The notes under the pieces: model-generated
Seen by the model: the letters and a program-made list of their open reading frames with translations, nothing else
Told to the model about the DNA's origin: nothing
The model's database searches: none
NCBI RefSeq assembly: GCF_947568905.1
Contig: NC_079173.1
Coordinates: forward strand, 20,584,001 to 20,648,000
Reading direction: 5' to 3'
Length of the DNA stretch: 64,000 bases
Origin: Ostrea edulis
Taxonomy: Eukaryota
Translations under genes and position numbers: made by a program
Part shown: positions 60,461 through 64,000 of the stretch, piece after piece
Layout of the letters: every line of letters begins with the position of its first letter
Numbering within the stretch: the stretch's first letter is position 1

Positions 60461-61703
60461 ATTGTCTGTCTACAGTACACAAATAACACACTGATGAATG
60501 TTTGGATTTTGTTTGATATTTTAAAATTATTCAATTTTACTTGATACGCACAATTTGATTGGCCAATATTGATTTTACTTGATTGGCTAATATTGTGCAA
60601 GCTAACTTGGTATAGGGACACGCCCTCTGGACAACCCAAGGCGGTGCATATTTTTTATCATTGACATCGCAGCACAGTTAAGTTATAGGCCTACTATGAA
60701 ACAGAAATCGTGCACAATGAGATACTTTGTTATGCTATTTTTTCACGATGTTAATTATTAAATAAACAAAACGTACTGGTACACAAAACACTGGTAAATC
60801 TATATATCTAAATAATAGCGTAATTCAGGAAAGATATAATATTCCAAATAATGGTACATCAATTATTTGCAAATTTTGCTCAGTTTCATTTTGAAATACA
60901 ATTTTCACTTGGGGGAAAATTGCTTGATCTGCCCTCTCAGAGCATAAAATGAATCGCATTTTACCAAGAGACGTCACGTCACGTGACCACCGACCAGTCA
61001 CTTGTTATACTGTGTCAGACTTTTAAATTGGTTGCAATGTTGCATGCAAGTTTTGATGTAGTTTAAACTTTAAAAAAAACAACAACAACCGCATATTATT
61101 GCATTTTCTAGTAGTTCTGTGTCCGGAGCAATCATTTCCCTTTCTGTTGGTGCGTCTTCAAAGTCGATCTTAAACGTGCTGTGAAGAAACAGTTACATGC
61201 GTAGCCTACACGTATTTTCTGTTGTCAAGGTTACAAAGTCCACCTTGAATAACTACATTTTCAAATTTGAAAAAAAATTAATACATGGTCCGGTCATACG
61301 AAGAAAGAAGATGGCTGCCATCACAGTTCGACGCTTCTAAGTGAACCCTGACCTTGCGCGGCGCAAGTGATGGGTATTTGTCAGTATTTATTCACAATAT
61401 CATAAATTAAAACTTGTAGGATTTTTTTTGTGTATTAGATTATAAGGAATGGGGCTAATCATTCACTATGGTATACGATATAACCTAACTTGGGGCAGTT
61501 TACGCTTCTTTTTTCTGAATCCGCCACTTCGCATATTATAACACATGACTGCTCGGAGTTAGATTATTTATCTAATGTAGGTTACCATTAGCTTTATTCC
61601 TTAAATGAATCTAAACCAAGCTACACTTCTAGTGTTGTTATATCATCCTCAAACGAAATCGTAGCTTACTGCAGTGTTTTAAAATAATGCAAAATGGTAT
61701 TAC

Positions 61704-61761
61704 CTGCTTTCACTCTCAACGGAATGACAATGGCGATACTTAAAAGAATCCTTACATCCAT
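61704..61761 (-). CDS. Two-MAM-domain secreted protein, exon 1 (signal peptide)
   Basis: ATG at 61761 encodes MDVRILLSIAIVIPLRVKA; donor GCA G|GTAATA, phase 1, joins exon 2 in frame. Total CDS is 1068 nt (355 aa). This exon is too short for the ORF track. Confidence 0.7.
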
Positions 61762-64000
61762 AACTTCCGGTTTTATTCCGTATTCTGATTATTGTATTTC
61801 AATAATTTACACTGATGAATATGAGATATAAGAACAAGTTGATTGAACACAAGCTTCCTGTAAAAAAAATTGATGCTTGTAACGTGGTTGTCACGTGATG
61901 TGTGACACATGGAGGAAAAACATGCGACACCGGTGTCGTGATGCACGTTATTGCTCCATTACAGGATTTCTGCACTTCGATACCTTGCAGTACTTCACGT
62001 CTGTCTGTAGTAATGAACGAACAATACTCAAATTTATTTCATCAATAGTTTAGTATTATCAAAAAGCATTTGACAAGTTAAAAAAAAAACCCACAATGAT
62101 CACGTTGCAAGAATTCATTACATGATATGGTTCACTTGGGCAATATGTTGATGAGTATTTTGAGATGACATATATATCCCCCTTTATCTATGAACTGTAA
62201 CTCTTTGATTTGATATCATGCTTTTAGTTATTAAGGAGAAGGATAGTACGATGACAGGCAGTCTTATAATATTGCTTAATTTTCCTTTGAAGAATATGAA
62301 GAAAGTGCACGAATTTTCGTGTATTAACTAAGATTAATTTCTTTTACTTTGGGTGCTACCGTTCTTGTTACGCCCCTACATATTGTATGTATCATTGTAT
62401 GTATTATGATTTTCATCTTCCATATGGACATTCTTTGTGACAAGACCTTTCTTTTATTACCAAAGATCTTGAACTTAAAAAAATAACCTAGGTAAAATAT
62501 CCTTCCAGAATTCTTAAGCACGACGTTCATACATTATATATACATCCATTATTTCAAGTATTTTCAGTGCATATCATGATTTTTTCATCTTGTGACTTTG
62601 ACCTTTTTTTTTTTCTTCTTTTTTTTTTTTTAGCTAAAATTTCAAAACCAAATCTTATGAATAGCGAGTGATACGACTTCACATTTGATTTAAGCATTAC
62701 TAGTGAGACCTTTCTTTAGGTACCGAATGTGTTCACCTTGACCTTCGAGGGTTTCTTTGTTGCCACCAGGAACGTAGTATTTTAAAACACATAAATGAAA
62801 TCTGTTTCATATTTGGATGTTTTATTAAAGTTAGACTAACAGCTTAACTTTATGATGTTGTACAATAAATTGCACTTGGTTGACACTTGAGACCTTGACA
62901 GGATTCTGGGCGTTCTATTTTTAGAACGATGTTTGTCAGTTGAATTACACCCCTGTAAACGCGAGATCGTTAACCCGGACGCGATCGGTAACTCGAATGC
63001 AGTTGTGCAGAACTATAATTTGATAACGGGTAACTTTGAATGCTATTTATATGCCGATGCTTTGTCTAGTTTAAAATTTCACAAGATATTTAGGATAGTA
63101 GTGGCAAGTTATGAGACTGAACACTTCAATTAAAGGAAGGTATCCCCACAAACTTTATGGTATATGTAATCCATATAATTGATATGGCTCCAAGTACCGA
63201 AATTTCTTTTCATTTTCATAATGATTCAAATAATTACAAAATATTACGAATCAACATGACAAACTTAACATCACCAAAACGAGCATTTGGCAGCGTCCAG
63301 AAATGTGTTTTAAACGAAAGGTTGACAAAGTAGAGGCGATCGGTAATACCACAAATTGCTTACATGCAAAAAAAAAATGCAACCGGACAGCTAAATACTG
63401 TGGAATAATCATTGTTCACGGGGGATTGATGTTTGTGGATTTCGTGAGTCACTCTTAACCACGAATTTACGTGTCCTCGAACATTTTTAAAACCAGGTAG
63501 AGTTATCTCTCCTAGTGACATCGTATTGCTTACCCAGTACAAGTTTTTCTCAATGACCGTTTTATTGGAAACTTCTAAATTTTCTTAATGTTTTATTTTG
63601 TTAAGTTCTAATACTTTGCATTTCATAGTGCTCGATACCCCCCCCCCCCTCCCCCTAATAAAAAAAAAATAAAAAGACTTCAGGTATTGATCTTGATTAT
63701 AATGTTGCATTTTGATAATTCTACGGATATAAGATTTCATGTCATACTGTCATTGAATTCTATTTAATTGTGTTTTATTGTTGTATTCCTTTTCTTACCC
63801 TTGTAAAGCACATTAGAGTAATTTGTTTTATATAAGGCGCTATATAAATTTCATTATCATCATAAAATAGAAATACACCAAAACTTGAATAAAAACAAAA
63901 TAAAGGTAAAGGGTACAAATGTAAAGAAGCTTCAATGTAATACTTGTACGTTAAAGCAGCATGTCGACCCTGAACAAAATCTATAACAATGTACAACTCC

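Overview
AT-rich animal genomic DNA with spliceosomal introns and two N-gaps; the repeat families point to a bivalve mollusc, probably an ostreid oyster (inference). Five host genes can be modelled. Two are two-exon Ptf1a-family bHLH paralogues arranged head-to-head: complement(join 7365..7567,9596..10049) and join(20458..20881,21589..21779). The others are a single-exon TRIM gene (RING/B-box/coiled-coil/beta-propeller, 34203..36596 -), a single-exon Mab-21/cGAS-like protein with C-terminal TPRs (49058..51316 -), and a three-exon secreted two-MAM-domain protein (57023..61761 -). A spliced DEDDh 3'-5' exonuclease pseudogene, probably transposon-borne, sits inside a broken CR1-type LINE (38340..43470). 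The rest is SINEs, Penelope-like retroelement remnants, MITEs and many minisatellites. Highlights: the divergent Ptf1a pair with candidate autoregulatory PTF1-RBPJ sites; a TRIM stop codon duplicated in frame 11 times; an apparently catalytically degenerate cGLR-TPR fusion; and three independent satellites derived from one retroelement end. All calls come from reading the sequence; no searches were run.
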